DNA of 64,000 nt from Octopus vulgaris (GCA_951406725.2 OX597830.1:31992001-32056000); one strand, 5' to 3'. Shown: positions 25,700-40,124, counted from the stretch's first letter. Notes: generated by a model not told the origin, from the letters alone. Made by a program: numbers and translations.

Positions 25700-26262
25700 A
25701 TCATCATCACCTTTTAATATCCATTGTCCATGCTGGTATGGCTTGGATGATTTGACTAGGGTTGGAAAGCAGGAAGGCTGCACCAGGCTTCAGTCTGATT
25801 TGGCATGGTTTTCTATGGTTAGATGCCCTTCCTTATGCCAACCACTCTGAGAGTGTAATGGGTGCTTTTTACGTGCCACCAGCACAGGTGCCATTTGGAT
25901 GACACCAGTATCTGCCACAACTGGAATTTTACTTGGCTTGAGGAGTCTTCTTTTCAAGCACGACATAATGCCAAAGGTCTCAGTCATTGTCTCCGTGAGG
26001 CCCGATGCTCAAAAGGACTCAGACACTTTGCCTTTATGAGGCCCAATGCTCAAAAGGAACTCAGACACTTTGCTTCTATGAAGCCCAATGCTTGAAAAGA
26101 ACTCAGACACTTGCCTCCATGAGGCCCAGTGCTCAAAAGGAACTCAGCCACTTTGCCTGCGTGAGGCCTAATGCTCGAAAGGTGCCCTTTATGTGCTACC
26201 GGCATGGGTGCCAGTTATCTGACACCAGCATCGGCCATAACTATGATTTCACTTGGCTTGAC
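25700..26262 (-). mobile_element. Family D copy with internal 41-42 bp tandem array
   Basis: gatgcccttccttatgccaaccactc; array at 25996-26182. Confidence 0.8.
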
Positions 26263-26271
26263 TTGGAGTAT

Positions 26272-26457
26272 AAATTCCCCACCTGGATAGGATGCCAGTC
26301 CGTCACAAGGTAACTCACTTTTGCCAGCTGAGTGGACTGGAGCAAGGTGAAATGAAGCGTTTTGCTCAAGAACACAACGCGTCACCCGGTCCAGCAATCG
26401 AAACCACAGTCTTACGATCATGAGACCAACACCCTAACCACTAAGCCAAGTGCCTCC
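26272..26457 (-). mobile_element. SINE family C
   Basis: ccctaaccactaagcca (A-box reverse complement), aatcgaaacc (B-box reverse complement), gccagctgagtggactggagc. Confidence 0.85.
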
Positions 26458-26695
26458 AAATTATTCTTGTAGTAAAAGATGCACTTGATACAAAACTCAA
26501 ACTTCTTCTTGAGAGGCTGAAGTTTATTGGAATTGAGGATCATATTGTGAACTCACAGAAAAGTGTCATTCTGTATTCAGCAAGAATTTTAAGAAAGATT
26601 TGAAGAAATTTGAAGAGATGTGTGTCTCCAAACCACATAATAGCCAAAGACAAGAAAACAAACACGCAAACACATACATACGCATATACACACAG

Positions 26696-26732
<37 letters not shown>

Positions 26733-27467
26733 ATATTACACAATGATCTGGAATGTAAGTATTAGATGCTTCCAAAATATCATTATTTACTTTGAGTTCA
26801 TTTTTAAATGCATACAAACATCCGTACATACATACATACCTATTCTTTTACCTGTTTCAGTTATCTGCAGGCTTTGTGCCAAAATTTGAAACCAGTTTAA
26901 CTCAGCATAAAAACAAGCATTAGCCTGGTGTGCCCTACTGGATTGCCAGTTCTCAGTCAAACCGTCCAACTCATGCCAGCATGGAAAACAGACATTAAAT
27001 GATGGTGATGATTGTGTGTGTGTGTGTGCATGTGCATTGGAGTGTGTGACTGCATGTTTGTATATATATATACAAACATGCAGTTTGGAGTTTGGGGAAT
27101 GGATAGGTCAATCACATTGATTCCAGTGTTCATCTGGTACTTATCTTAAAGCAAAGTCGACCTTGTGGGTAAACTTAGAATATAAAGAAGAACAAAATGT
27201 TGTTAAGCATTTTACCTGGCACACTAATTATTCTGCCAGTTCGCTACCTTATGCTGAGTTATATTAAAAAAAAAGCAAAAAAAAAAAAACGATTTTATAT
27301 TAAACTGAAGGATTACTCAATACAGTTTGTAGAGTACATAATTTATTATTCTTTTACAAAATGGTGTCCAAAGAAGGCTATGCAGACTGAAGCTTCAATG
27401 TCAGCGTCAGGACTATTCTTCTAGAGGAAAAATAAGTTTATAAATTATTGTATGTAAATATTAGTGC

Positions 27468-27815
27468 AGGAGTGGCTGTGTGGTAAGAAGCTTGCTTCCC
27501 AACCACATGTTTCTGGGTTCAATCTCACTGCATGTCACCTTGGACAAGCGTCTTCTACTATAGCCTCAGGCCGACTAAAACCTTGTGAGTGGATTTGGTA
27601 GATGGAAACTGAAAGAAGCCCATCGTATATGTATACATTTGTGTGTCTGTATTTGTCCCCTCAACCATCGTTTGACAACAGATTTTGGTTCAGTAAAAGA
27701 GACCAATAGAGTAAGTACTAGGCTTACAAAGAATAAGTCCTGGGGTCGATTTGTTCTACTAAAGGCAGTGCTCCAGTATGGCTGCAGTCAGATAACTGAA
27801 ACAGGTAAAAGAATA
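27468..27815 (+). mobile_element. SINE family A
   Basis: aggagtggctgtgtggtaag head through aactgaaacaggtaaaagaa tail. Confidence 0.9.
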
Positions 27816-28537
27816 GGTATGTATGTATGTACGGATGTTTGTATGCATTTAAAAAGGAACTCAAAGTAAATAATGATATTTTGGAAGCATCTAATACTTA
27901 CATTCCAGATCATTGTGTAATATACAATGGAAAATATCACTAATGCAAACTGAGAAAGATATGTCATAGGGGATGTAATTCCTATTGTATATTACACAAT
28001 GATCTGAAATGCCTGTATTAAATGCTTTCAAAATATCATTATTTGGCTTGCAATCATTATTATAATTTATATGTCTTGATGCCAGAGCAAAATAGCCTAT
28101 CCCAGCTCCATTTACATGGATATGCTAACCAGGATTTGAAATAGTTTGTTCCATTTGACATGCAGCAAAAATTCTGGTAACATTCATCACTTCTAAGCAT
28201 AAAGTGAAATACATATATAATATAATATATATATATATATATGCACACACACACACACATATATATAGATAGAGAGAGAGATATGCATACACATAAACAT
28301 GTATCATGTATAAACATATATAAACATACATACATACATAAAATTTTCTTTATGTAGGTAAACAATTCTTAATACACCAACTTCATTATTAATCAGATTA
28401 TTAATCATTCCTCAAACCTAACCCGTCATCCATATACATGCAGTTTCATCTTTCTTTTTGCTTTCTTAATACTGCCTCCATAAACAAAGGAGGTATTAAA
28501 ACAACAGCAACAACAACAATCATATAATATTAGGAAC

Positions 28538-28574
<37 letters not shown>

Positions 28575-28920
28575 CAATATTATGAAATGATAAAGAAAAA
28601 TGTGCCACTGAAATTAAGATATTAACAGGAGATGACGTAAGAAATATTATCTTTATGGTGTTTTCTTATGCACTTCCTTTGTTTCTGTATATTCCTTAAG
28701 AAACCGCCTTTCACCATAATGACACTTGCGTTAAAATGTACAGTGTACATGTGTGCAAGTGTCTTAATAAGCATAAACACATACACACATATTTATATAC
28801 ATAAACAAACACATATGTATGTGTCCATAATATATATTAATATATATAAGTATATACATATACTTATATATATGTATCATATACATCATATATATATACA
28901 TTATGCATACATGTATATAC

Positions 28921-28964
<44 letters not shown>

Positions 28965-29110
28965 GCATATATATGCATGTATATGTGTTTGTATGTATAT
29001 ATATATATATATATATACATGTAGTCATATATCTATCTATCCATCTATATATCGGTCTACATATATATGTATGTGTGTGTGTGTGTCAGTACACACACAC
29101 ACACACACAT

Positions 29111-29145
<35 letters not shown>

Positions 29146-29864
29146 AATATATATACATATATAGTTGCATATACATGTACTGGTAAATGTCTAATGCACA
29201 CATGCAGACACCAAATGCATACACACACTCACACCTATGCTTATTTGCAAAGAAATATTTGAATAACATTAAAAATATCTACACACTGATACACAAACCA
29301 AAATAAATATGCATATATATATATACATATAACCACACACATAGACATACACAGAACCACAAAAGGCTTAAGTTTCATATTTTTTAGGAATTATATTTTT
29401 CAAATAAATTTTTCTTAAGTATTGTTTTTATATAATTATTTTGTATATATATATATATGTCTGTGTGTGTGTATATATATATTTTTGTTTCCATGTAAGT
29501 TTTTATCGAGAAATTTTTTCTTGTGCATTCATACACACATACATACATGCACATGTTTTTGTATTTGTGCATATATGAAAGTGTTGTGTATATACATACA
29601 TACAAATATGCATACCTACCTACACACACACATGCACATATATATATATATATTTTATACATAGTTATATATACAAATACATTCAAATATGAATATGTGT
29701 GTGTGTGCGTGTATGTGTGCAAGCATATATAAATATACATCAGTTTTTTGTGTATGTGTATGTGTATATATCTATGCATATTCTTGTGTGATTGTATACA
29801 TACATTTACTCAGATTTATAGATATATTTGTTTGTGTGTTAATTATTTCATTTGTTATTTTTCC

Positions 29865-29929
29865 GCCTTCTTCTTCTTCTTCTTCTTCTTCTTCTTCTTC
29901 TTCTTCTTCTTCTCATTATTGTTATTACT

Positions 29930-30010
<81 letters not shown>

Positions 30011-30320
30011 GTTATTATTATCATCACCATCATCATAATCATCATCATATCAACTTCATCATCATTATTATTTCATATTTGTGCTTTGCCATTCCACTCT
30101 TTCTATCTTGGTCCAGTCATTTCCAAAATATCTTTTGTAGAGTTTTTGATTATCTTGACAAGAACAATATCCCCACCACCACCACCACTACCACCACCAT
30201 CACATTTACCACCAACACCAGCAGCAACAACAAGGACAATGGCAGCTTCAGAAACAACAACAACTACAACATCAGTATGGATAAATAAACTAAAATGCAT
30301 TAAGACAACTATTAATAATA

Positions 30321-30396
<76 letters not shown>

Positions 30397-30624
30397 TAAT
30401 AATGATAATAATGATGATGATGATATTAATAATAATGTTGTTGTTGTTGATGATGATGACCATGGTGATGATGACTATGGTGATGAGGGTAGTGATGACG
30501 ATGACGACGATATGATAATCATTATAATGATAACCATAGGAAGAAAAAAATATAGTATATAAAAATAATAATAAATATGTCAAAAGTGAAAATAATAATG
30601 ATAATAACAAAATAATGATAATGG

Positions 30625-30658
<34 letters not shown>

Positions 30659-31132
30659 CATGATCATGATCATGATGATCATGATGGTGATTTCTTTTAA
30701 TAACAACAACAAAACAAACACAGAACCCACAATAACAGCATCAACAACAACAAATTCACAATAATGAGAGACGTTATGGTGATGAGGATGATGATGACGA
30801 CGATCATGATGATGATGATGACAATGATGATGATGGTGATTTGGAGAATGATTATGATGATGATAATGGTGATGATGATGATGACAATGGCGATTTTGAG
30901 AATGATTATGATGATGATGATGCTGGCGATTTTGAGAATGATTATGATAACGATAATGATGATAATGATGATGTCGATAATAACTATTGTGTATCAACAA
31001 CAGAGTCGATGGCGATTATAACGACAATAATGATGATGACGATGATGAGAATGATAATGGTGATGGTGATGGTGAGGATGATAGTGAGGATGACGATAGT
31101 GCAGATGGTGCTGCTGCTAATGATGATGATGT

Positions 31133-31169
<37 letters not shown>

Positions 31170-31170
31170 A
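29865..31170. repeat. Compound (TTC)n/(ATC)n/(TAA)n/(GAT)n field
   Basis: Direct inspection. Confidence 0.9.
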
Positions 31171-31621
31171 TCATTAACCAAAAAAAAAAGTAAATAAATA
31201 AAGCTGAAACGCAAACAAAATGATCATCCACCATTAACATACAACCCCCCACCTCCCCACACACTCTACTCCCACCCCACCCCACCCTGCCCAACCTCAC
31301 ACATACACAGAGAAGACACTCTCAGGCATTGCACACGGTGGTGTGGCAACGTATTACACCACACCAAACCACACCACCACCACCACCACCACCACAACTA
31401 CCACCACCACCACCACCACCACCACCACCACCTCCACCACCACCACCACCACATCTCTCTACGCTAGCCCTTATACAACAACATCATCTCTAGCTAAACG
31501 TTTAGTCATTATTTGCTCATTCAGAGAATATTCCCTGTTTATTAATGATTTGGTGATAAATTGTTCTGAGGTAATGCCATATAAGTAAATAATATACATA
31601 CATATATATACACACACACAC

Positions 31622-31701
<80 letters not shown>

Positions 31702-31737
31702 TTGTATGTATGTATATATATATATATATGTGTATGC

Positions 31738-31779
<42 letters not shown>

Positions 31780-32037
31780 GTATATAAAGTCAAAATGTGA
31801 ATTTGCATAAAAAATATCCCCGCCACAGTCAACATCATTGACATCACTATCATCACCAGCAGCAGCAGTAGTAGCAGCAGCCATGAGAATAACCAACCCA
31901 AATAAAAAAAAAATCATCCATCTATACTTCCACCCCTAACCTTCACCCTATCTTCTCTTCACGACATGCACATTTGTGAGTTTTATAGTGCAGCATGCAT
32001 TATTAATTATATGTGCATTACATACATAAACATTATA

Positions 32038-32085
<48 letters not shown>

Positions 32086-32146
32086 CACACATATATATAT
32101 ATATATATATATACATATACACATATATATATGTATATACACACAC

Positions 32147-32203
<57 letters not shown>

Positions 32204-32270
32204 ACATTTATGTATATATATGTGTGTGTGGGTATGTATGTGTATATACACATATATGTATACACATGTA

Positions 32271-32316
<46 letters not shown>

Positions 32317-32425
32317 TATATATGTCTATATATATGCATATATGTATATATGCGAGTGTATATCTCAGCATGTGAGTAAGTGTCAGTGATTGTTGTGTAA
32401 ATGTAAAAATTCATATTTATGTACT

Positions 32426-32468
<43 letters not shown>

Positions 32469-32591
32469 TCTATGAAGAATTTCATGTATTATGAATAATT
32501 TCATTTTTGTTTATGCAAATAGCTTATATATCAATATTAATTCACCCAAGGAATGTACAACACAACCACAGATTCATATATACATATATAT

Positions 32592-32686
<95 letters not shown>

Positions 32687-32949
32687 GCATTCATTTATAT
32701 TTTGCTGAACACATCCCTATTCATGGATGTCTGTGCTGACATGTATATAGCTCTACATTTAGATATCTGGATACCAGTATATCTATCTATACCTACCTAT
32801 GTATGTATGTATGTATGTATGTATGTATGTATGTATGTATGTATGTATGTATGTATGTATGTATGTATGTATGTATGTATATATGTATGTATGTATGTAT
32901 CTTTGTATGTATCTATCTATCTATCTATCTTCATGTATTTAAGGTGCAT

Positions 32950-33104
32950 GTGTGGCTGTGTGGTAAGAAGCTTATATCCCAACCACATGGTTCCAGGTCT
33001 AGTCCCACTGTGTAGTCCCTTGCACAAGTATCTTCTGCTATAGCCTCACGCTGACCGAAGCCTTTGTGCATGGATTTGGTAGATGGAGACTGAAAAAAGA
33101 CCAT

Positions 33105-33105
<1 letters not shown>
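32950..33105 (+). mobile_element. SINE family A, 5' half
   Basis: tggctgtgtggtaagaagctt...ggatttggtagatggagactgaaa. Confidence 0.8.
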
Positions 33106-33145
<40 letters not shown>

Positions 33146-33339
33146 ACACGCATATAATACATATGTGCGTACACGCTTGATTAAATTATTATCAATATGT
33201 AAATTCAATCATATGTTACCAGACCAAAATAGTAAGTCTAGGTTTAGTCATCTGGTTGATCTATTAATTAGTGTTTTACTTTTGTTGTTGTCATTGCTCA
33301 ATCCCTGTTCAATCTTCGTTGAGCATACCTACGCATGTC

Positions 33340-34322
33340 GGTTGTCAAGTTCATAATCTGACCAAGATGCTCTCATGGAATGTGACTAAATGAGATTTAT
33401 CTTTCAGCATAGTCTCTCTTGTAGTCCACACACTTCTTTAATTGGTGTTGTAGTGTTTGGATCCCATTGGTGATGAAGCCTTCATCCTGTTGGTCAAAAT
33501 AGTCATCCACTGTAATTACGACATTACAATCTCAGCAATGCTGGTTCCCAGTCAAGTGGGTTTTTTTTTCATGTTGGTGAACAAAAGTTTGTCAGAGAAT
33601 AGGGATGCATTTTGCATCCGAAAAACCTGAGGTTATCACCATCCCTGCAGATGAAACAAACTTGGCTTTCTTTGAAACAGACAAGGATGGGTGTTTCCAT
33701 TGCATTGATTGTCTCTTTGTCTTTGGGTCAAAGTGACGAACCCCAGCACTTGTCCTGGGTTATGGAATGTCCAAGGATACCTGCTAGATCTACCGCAAAC
33801 AATGTCAAATTTTCCTGTGATGCAATCAGCCTGGTTTGCTTTTGATCAGGTGTCAGAAGGCATGGCACACACCAGGCAGAAACCTTTGTCATGCCAAGTT
33901 CATCATTGCAGAATATTCTCGGCTTTCTGACAGGATATGCTAACAGCATTGGCTATTTAATTTTTAGTCAATCACCTGTCATCAATGTTTTCCTTGATAG
34001 TGGCAGTTGCAGGACATCCACGCTTCGGGTCCCCTTCAAAACTCTCCCTTCTAATTTCAGCTGCCCACTTTTGCACTGTTGATAAAGCTTGAGTGTCATA
34101 CCCTAATGTAATAGTCATGTCAGCATGAATATCTTTAAGGGCTAAACCCTTTTTCTGCAGTTACTTGACAACATGACGATACCAAATTTTGTCCATTTTC
34201 AAGAAAGATTACTACAAGTTACTTTCAAAGCCTTCTTTTAATTTTACCTGGAAAAAATGCAGGTATTCACATCTCTAACACCACTCCTTCATAGTCAGCC
34301 AATGAACTTTTTAGCCCAACCG
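33340..34322 (-). mobile_element. Internally deleted, decayed mariner (irritans-like)
   Basis: NDELGMTKVSAWCVPCLLTPDQK (WVPRLL motif); upstream KGESFEGDPKRGCPATA resembles RGRESLEDDPRSGRP; degenerate TIRs aagttcat..ctgac at both ends. Confidence 0.8.
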
Positions 34323-34629
34323 CATATGATAAAAGGCTTTCCAGCCATGACAAAACAGATTTCTGCCTGTGAACAAGGAACTGAGAACATCATTTTCAAA
34401 TGTTTTTATATTCAAGCCAGTAAGGTGTGATTTCAGAGAATTTTGACTGTTGGTTTTAGCAGGTCATGTGGCCATGTAGCAAGTCCATTATAGGTTCCCC
34501 GGTCAGTCGATCATAGCGACTGGTGCTGCATTGAGTATTTTTATTTCCTTCTTTCCCTTCCAGAAAGATCTTCTGTATCAGCTACATCAATAAAGTCAAG
34601 GTTGGGAGTTTCTATCGCTTATTGGTTAG

Positions 34630-34813
34630 TCACCATCATCATTATCACCATCATCCGCATCATCATCAAAATCATCACCATCAACATTATCATCATCATC
34701 ATCATCATTGCCATCACCATCACCCCCACCACTACCACCACCATCATCATCACCCCCACCACTACCACCATCATCATCATCACCAGCACAACATAAACAT
34801 CATCATCATCACC

Positions 34814-34868
<55 letters not shown>

Positions 34869-34986
34869 CCGCCACCACTACCATCATCGTCATCCTGATC
34901 ATCATCATCGCCATCACCACCACCACCACCACTACCACCACCACTACCATCATTATCATCATCATCACCACCACCATCATCATCAC

Positions 34987-35039
<53 letters not shown>

Positions 35040-35875
35040 ACATCATCATCATTGTCATTTTCATTAAAGCTGTCATTATTGTCATCATAGTTATCATCAT
35101 TATCATTGGCATCATCATCATCATCATCGTTGGGGTCATCACCACTATCATCACCATTATGTTCAGCAGTGTCAGCAGTGTTATTATCTACTTCCTTATC
35201 ATTATCATTATCATCATCATCATCATCATCATCACCACCACTGCCATCAATATCTATTTCTTTACTACCCACAAGGGGCTAAACACAGAGGAGACAAACA
35301 AGGACAGACAAACGGATTAAGTTGATTATATCGACCCCAGCATACAGCTGGTACTTATTTAATCGACCCCGAAAGGATGAAAGGCAAAGTCGACCTTGGC
35401 GGAATTTGAACTCAGAACGTAACGGCAGATGAAATACGGCTACGCATTTCGCCCGGCGTGCTAACGATTCTGCCAGCTCGCCGCCTTAATATCATCATCA
35501 TCATCTTCATCGTCATCATCATCACCATCATTGCCATTGTCATCACCATCGCCATCATCACCACTGTCATCGTCAACATCGTCATCATCATCACCATCAC
35601 CACCACCATCATCACCATCACCATCATCATCATCGCCATCATCATCATCATCATCGCTACTATCATCATCATCGTCATCATCATCACCATCATCACCATC
35701 GTCATCATCATCATTGCTACTATCATCACCATCACCATCATCTATCATCACCATCACCATCATCACCATCATCACCATCGTCATCATCACCATCGTCATC
35801 ATCACCACCACCACCATCATCATCATCATTATCATCGTCGTCGTCATCGTCATCGTCCCCACCCCCGCCATCACC
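34630..35875. repeat. (ATC)n/(ACC)n field interrupted by a SINE B
   Basis: Direct inspection. Confidence 0.9.
35254..35487 (-). mobile_element. SINE family B, full length, CpG-rich (young-looking)
   Basis: Reverse complement ggcggcgagctggcagaatcgttagc...gagttcaaattccgcc...gactttgcctttcatcctttcggggtcgat...aaagaaatag. Confidence 0.92.
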
Positions 35876-36683
35876 AGAAATTACTTCTCACTAATCATCA
35901 TCTGTGAATGCAGAAACACCTAAGTTAAGAATTAAAAGCTTTTATCATGGGTTTGTTGTTTCTTTGGCTGTAGTTAAGATCTTTCAAGAAAATTGGCTTT
36001 TATGCTAAAAATCGGTAAGAAGCAAGCAATTCAAGGAAGCTGAATGTTCCAGAAGCATTTTGTTTTTGTCTTTTTGTTTTTCTTTTTTTTTTGTTATCTA
36101 TGTCCTCTTTTTATCTATTTATTTATTTATTTATTTTTTTTTTTCACTTTTAATATATATTACTGTTTCTCTTCCTTGGAAACTTTTGCTTAATAAGCCA
36201 TTTTTTTTTGGTATGTTTTTGTAAATTTGTGTATATTTTTGTTTTTTTGTGTGTGTGTTGTATAAGTGTGAGTGTATGTGTGTGTGCATTAGAGAGAGAG
36301 AGAGAGAGAGAGCTTCTCTGTATGCAGGTATATATATATAAATATAAAGTGCAAAAAAGTAAATGTATGAATGGTGTGTTTGTATGTTTGTGTGTGTGTG
36401 AGTGAATGTGTGTGTGTGTGTGTGTGCGTGTGGTGAGTGTTGAGTTCCCCTTTGCCTGATTATCTATACACACATATGTGTGTGCATGTGTGTGTGCATG
36501 TGCATGCATGTGTGTGTGTGTGTGTCTGTGCGTGTTTATGTGTGCCACCATGTCTGTACTTTTGTAACATGTACTGTTAGTCTCTCTTCTTTATTTGTAA
36601 TGTAAATGTTGAATGTAGATGGATATTTGTTTTTTTTCTAAATCTGCTGGTTTTGTGGTGCTTATTGTGGTCAGCTCCATATA

Positions 36684-36972
36684 TTGGATTGTCCAGAAAG
36701 TTCGTGCTGAATTTTAAGGGAAAGAAAAAGTTTAATAAATACTTGCCGTTACATTTTTAATCAATGTGTCTCCATCTTTCCTTTAACATGAAAATACCCT
36801 CTTCCCAGAATCGAGGTGGTTTCATGGCAAAGAATTCATCAAGGTATCTTTTTACGTCATCCGAGGAATTGAAATTTTTACCATTAAGACTATTCTGTAG
36901 AGACCTGAATACGTGAAAATCTGAAGGAGCAATATCTGGTGAATATGGAGACTGGGGTAACACATCCCAACG
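36684..36972 (-). mobile_element. Mariner 3' end fragment with TIR
   Basis: WDVLPQSPYSPDIAPSDFHVFRSLQN (YSPDLAPSD motif); TA then ttggattgtccagaaagttcg terminus. Confidence 0.9.
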
Positions 36973-36974
36973 GA

Positions 36975-37560
36975 GACATACTAAGTTTATGACACTCATT
37001 AACAATATCGTCAAATTTACAAAGAGGTACAGTAAGGGTAAATTGCTCTTTATAGATTTAATTAGTTATAAACTAAATAGCATCGATATAGATGGATATT
37101 AAAGACTAATAGACTCGAAGCAATATTTACTTTTTACTTAATGCCATCCAAAACATGTGAGAATCGGTATTTCATTCAATTTAGGCAAAAGAACGTATAC
37201 CATTACATCAAACCTGAACACCTGAAAAGAACTAGGATATATTTTGGCTGAAAAACGTTATCTACAATCGCAAATTAATGATAGAATAAAGAGAACAAAG
37301 ACAATTGATGTTAGTGATTTAAAACACTAAAAGAGCAAACTAAAAACAAGTATTCTACCTTAAATTTCAGTTCACATGAAAAACCTGATTGTAATTCATT
37401 AAATTCTACCATTATTAAAATGTGATCCAAAAAAAGAAGAATTTTAGAAAATACATCTATAATTAAAAGCAAAAAAAAAAAAAGAATCAAATCTAAAATC
37501 ATGAATGGAGCTATTAACAAATATTAAAATACTTACCAAAAGATCAATCACGATAGTCAA
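36975..37560 (+). pseudogene. Penelope-like element RT C-terminal remnant
   Basis: Manual translation KFMTLINNIVKFT.RYSKGKLLFIDL..DSKQYLLFT*CHPKHVRIGISFNLGKRTYTI..ELGYILAEKRY; fits PLE I.FT.E...LPFLD / YL.F.S.HP.H motifs. Confidence 0.7.
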
Positions 37561-38147
37561 AATATACGGAAGATGAAATTGTAAAATTCATATTCATATA
37601 TTTAAAGTTTCAGAGCTACTGACAAAATTTTTAGATAAAATAAAATTTTTCAAGCTTATCTAAGAACTTAAAAGCTTAATTTGAATCATGATATGCTATG
37701 GATCTGGCATGAATTACATTAGCCAAAGTAGGTATAACACTTAGAAAATGGATGACTATTTACTAACAACAAATACGTGGCTCACACAAGTAGGAAGATA
37801 TCAGCCAACGTTCAGGCTGATTTTATGAAAGATCAGTAGCTGACTTTTAAACTATTCTCAATATACTCACGTGTATAAAATAAATCAGAATAACAAAGAA
37901 TTAACAAAGTATTTTTATTGATAATTAATTATGTGACATTTTTGATTTAATTATCAATATTTCTGAAAATATATTTCATACACTCTTTTTACAATATTTA
38001 AAGTACATTAAATTATCTTCCTTGTCAGTGTATTTATAAAACTTAGGTTACTAACATATATAGAGTAATCTCACATTCATACAAACGCATATATATATAT
38101 GCACTCATGTACCTACAGTTAGAAAAAATATAAAAGTACCAATAGGT

Positions 38148-38550
38148 ACAGGCATGACTGCATAGTAAGTAGCTTGCTTCCCAATCACATGGTTCTGGGT
38201 TCAGTCCAATTGCATGGCACCTTGAATAAGTGTCTTCTTTCTATAGCTTCATGCCAACCAAAGCCTTGTGAGTGGATTTGGTAGATGGAAACTAAAGGAC
38301 ACTTGTCGCATATATATGTATATATCGGTGTGTGTATGTGTGCGTTTATGTGTGTCCGTGTTAGTCTCCCTACATCACTTGACAACTGATGTTGATGTGT
38401 TTACGTCCCTGTAACTTAGCAGTTTGGCAAAAGCGACAGATAGAATAAGTACTAGGCTTATAAAGAATAAGTCCTGGGGTTGATTTACTCGAGTATAGGT
38501 GATGCTCCAGCATGGCCGCAGTCAAATAACTCAAACGAGTAAAAGAATAG
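38148..38550 (+). mobile_element. SINE family A
   Basis: Head, core and tail all recognisable. Confidence 0.88.
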
Positions 38551-38621
38551 TTTAATCCCATTTACCTCTTCCCTTACTTTGCTGTCTCTCTGACTTTCGT
38601 TCTTTTCATATTTTATGTAGG

Positions 38622-38664
<43 letters not shown>

Positions 38665-38667
38665 TAT

Positions 38668-39041
38668 TATTTGTTTCAGTCATTTGATGGTGACCATACT
38701 GGAGTACCGCCTTTAGTTGAGCAAATCAACCCTTGGACTTTTTCTTTGTAAGCCTAGTACTTATCCTATCAGTCTCTTTTGCCAAACTGCTAAGTTATGG
38801 GGATGTAAATGCACCAGCATCGGTTGTCAAGCGATATTGGAAGGACGTATACAGACGCACACACACATATGTATATATATATACGACAGGCTTCTTTTAG
38901 TTTCCGTCTACTAAACCCATTCACAAGGCTTTGGTCTGCCTGAGGCTATAGTAGAAGACACTTACCCAAAGTGCCATGCAGTGGGACTGAACCCAGAACC
39001 ATGTGTTTGGTAAGCTAGCTACTTACCACACAGCCACTCCA
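38668..39041 (-). mobile_element. SINE family A
   Basis: ctacttaccacacagccactcc head (reverse complement); ttgtttcagtcatttga tail (reverse complement). Confidence 0.9.
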
Positions 39042-39082
39042 GCATATACAGGTATATAAACATGCATATATATATAAATGTA

Positions 39083-39129
<47 letters not shown>

Positions 39130-39188
39130 GAGTGTGCTACATACATAATTACCTGTATGTAGATATATACAGTATGGTTACATATATA

Positions 39189-39587
39189 GGCACAGGAGTG
39201 GCTGTGTGGTAAGTAGCTTGCTAACCAACCACATGGTTCCGGGTTCAGTCCCACTGTGTGGCATCTTGGGCAAGTGTCTTCTGCTATAGTCCCGGGCCGA
39301 CCAATGCCTTGTGAGTGGATTTGGTAGACGGAAACTGAAAGAAGCCTGTCGTATATATGTATATATATATATATGTGTATGTGTGTGTGTTTGTCCCCCT
39401 AGCATTGCTTGACAACCGATGCTGGTGTGTTTACGTCCCCGTTACTTAGCGGTTCGGCAAAAGAGACTGATAGAATAAGTACTGGGCTTACAAAGAATAA
39501 GTTCCGGGGTCGATTTGCTCGACTAAAGGCGGTGCTCCAGCATGGCCGCAGTCAAATGACTGAAACAAGTAAAAGAGTAAAAGAGAG
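39189..39587 (+). mobile_element. SINE family A, best-preserved copy
   Basis: A-box-like tggctgtgtggtaag, B-box ggttcagtccc, many CpGs retained, (gtaaaaga)2 tail. Confidence 0.95.
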
Positions 39588-39612
39588 TATATGTATGCAC
39601 ATATTCATACGC

Positions 39613-39668
<56 letters not shown>

Positions 39669-40124
39669 TGTTGCATTTGGGGATGGTCATGTTGCCAGTT
39701 TAGCTAAATATACATACATACATACATACACTCACACACACTTGTATATACGTAGGCATGTATGTATGTGTGTGTATGTACCTTCACTCTGCACCCAAGA
39801 TATTTAACAAAGTTTTAGTGCAAACTACCTTCTTTTCTATTCTTTTTCATCTGGAGCAAAAAAAAAAAAAGCAAGAACACCAGAAATAAAAAAAAAAGTC
39901 TAAAGAAAACTGTAATGTTAGTGGATAAAGAAGGTGAGTATTGGTGAAGAGATGGTGGTGTTGATGGTGGAATATGGCTGTGTTGTGTCAAATAATTTAC
40001 TAACAAGGTATAAATCATACACTTGAGGCTAGCCAAGGTATATAAATGTCACAATATCAACAAGAACTAAACGGAAAAGAGTAGGAAAACCAGAAGTTCA
40101 CTGTGAGTGTATACATCTCTGAAC

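Noticed and set aside
39189-39265. tRNA genes suggested by A/B boxes
   Set aside because: No cloverleaf; they are SINE heads continuing into SINE bodies.
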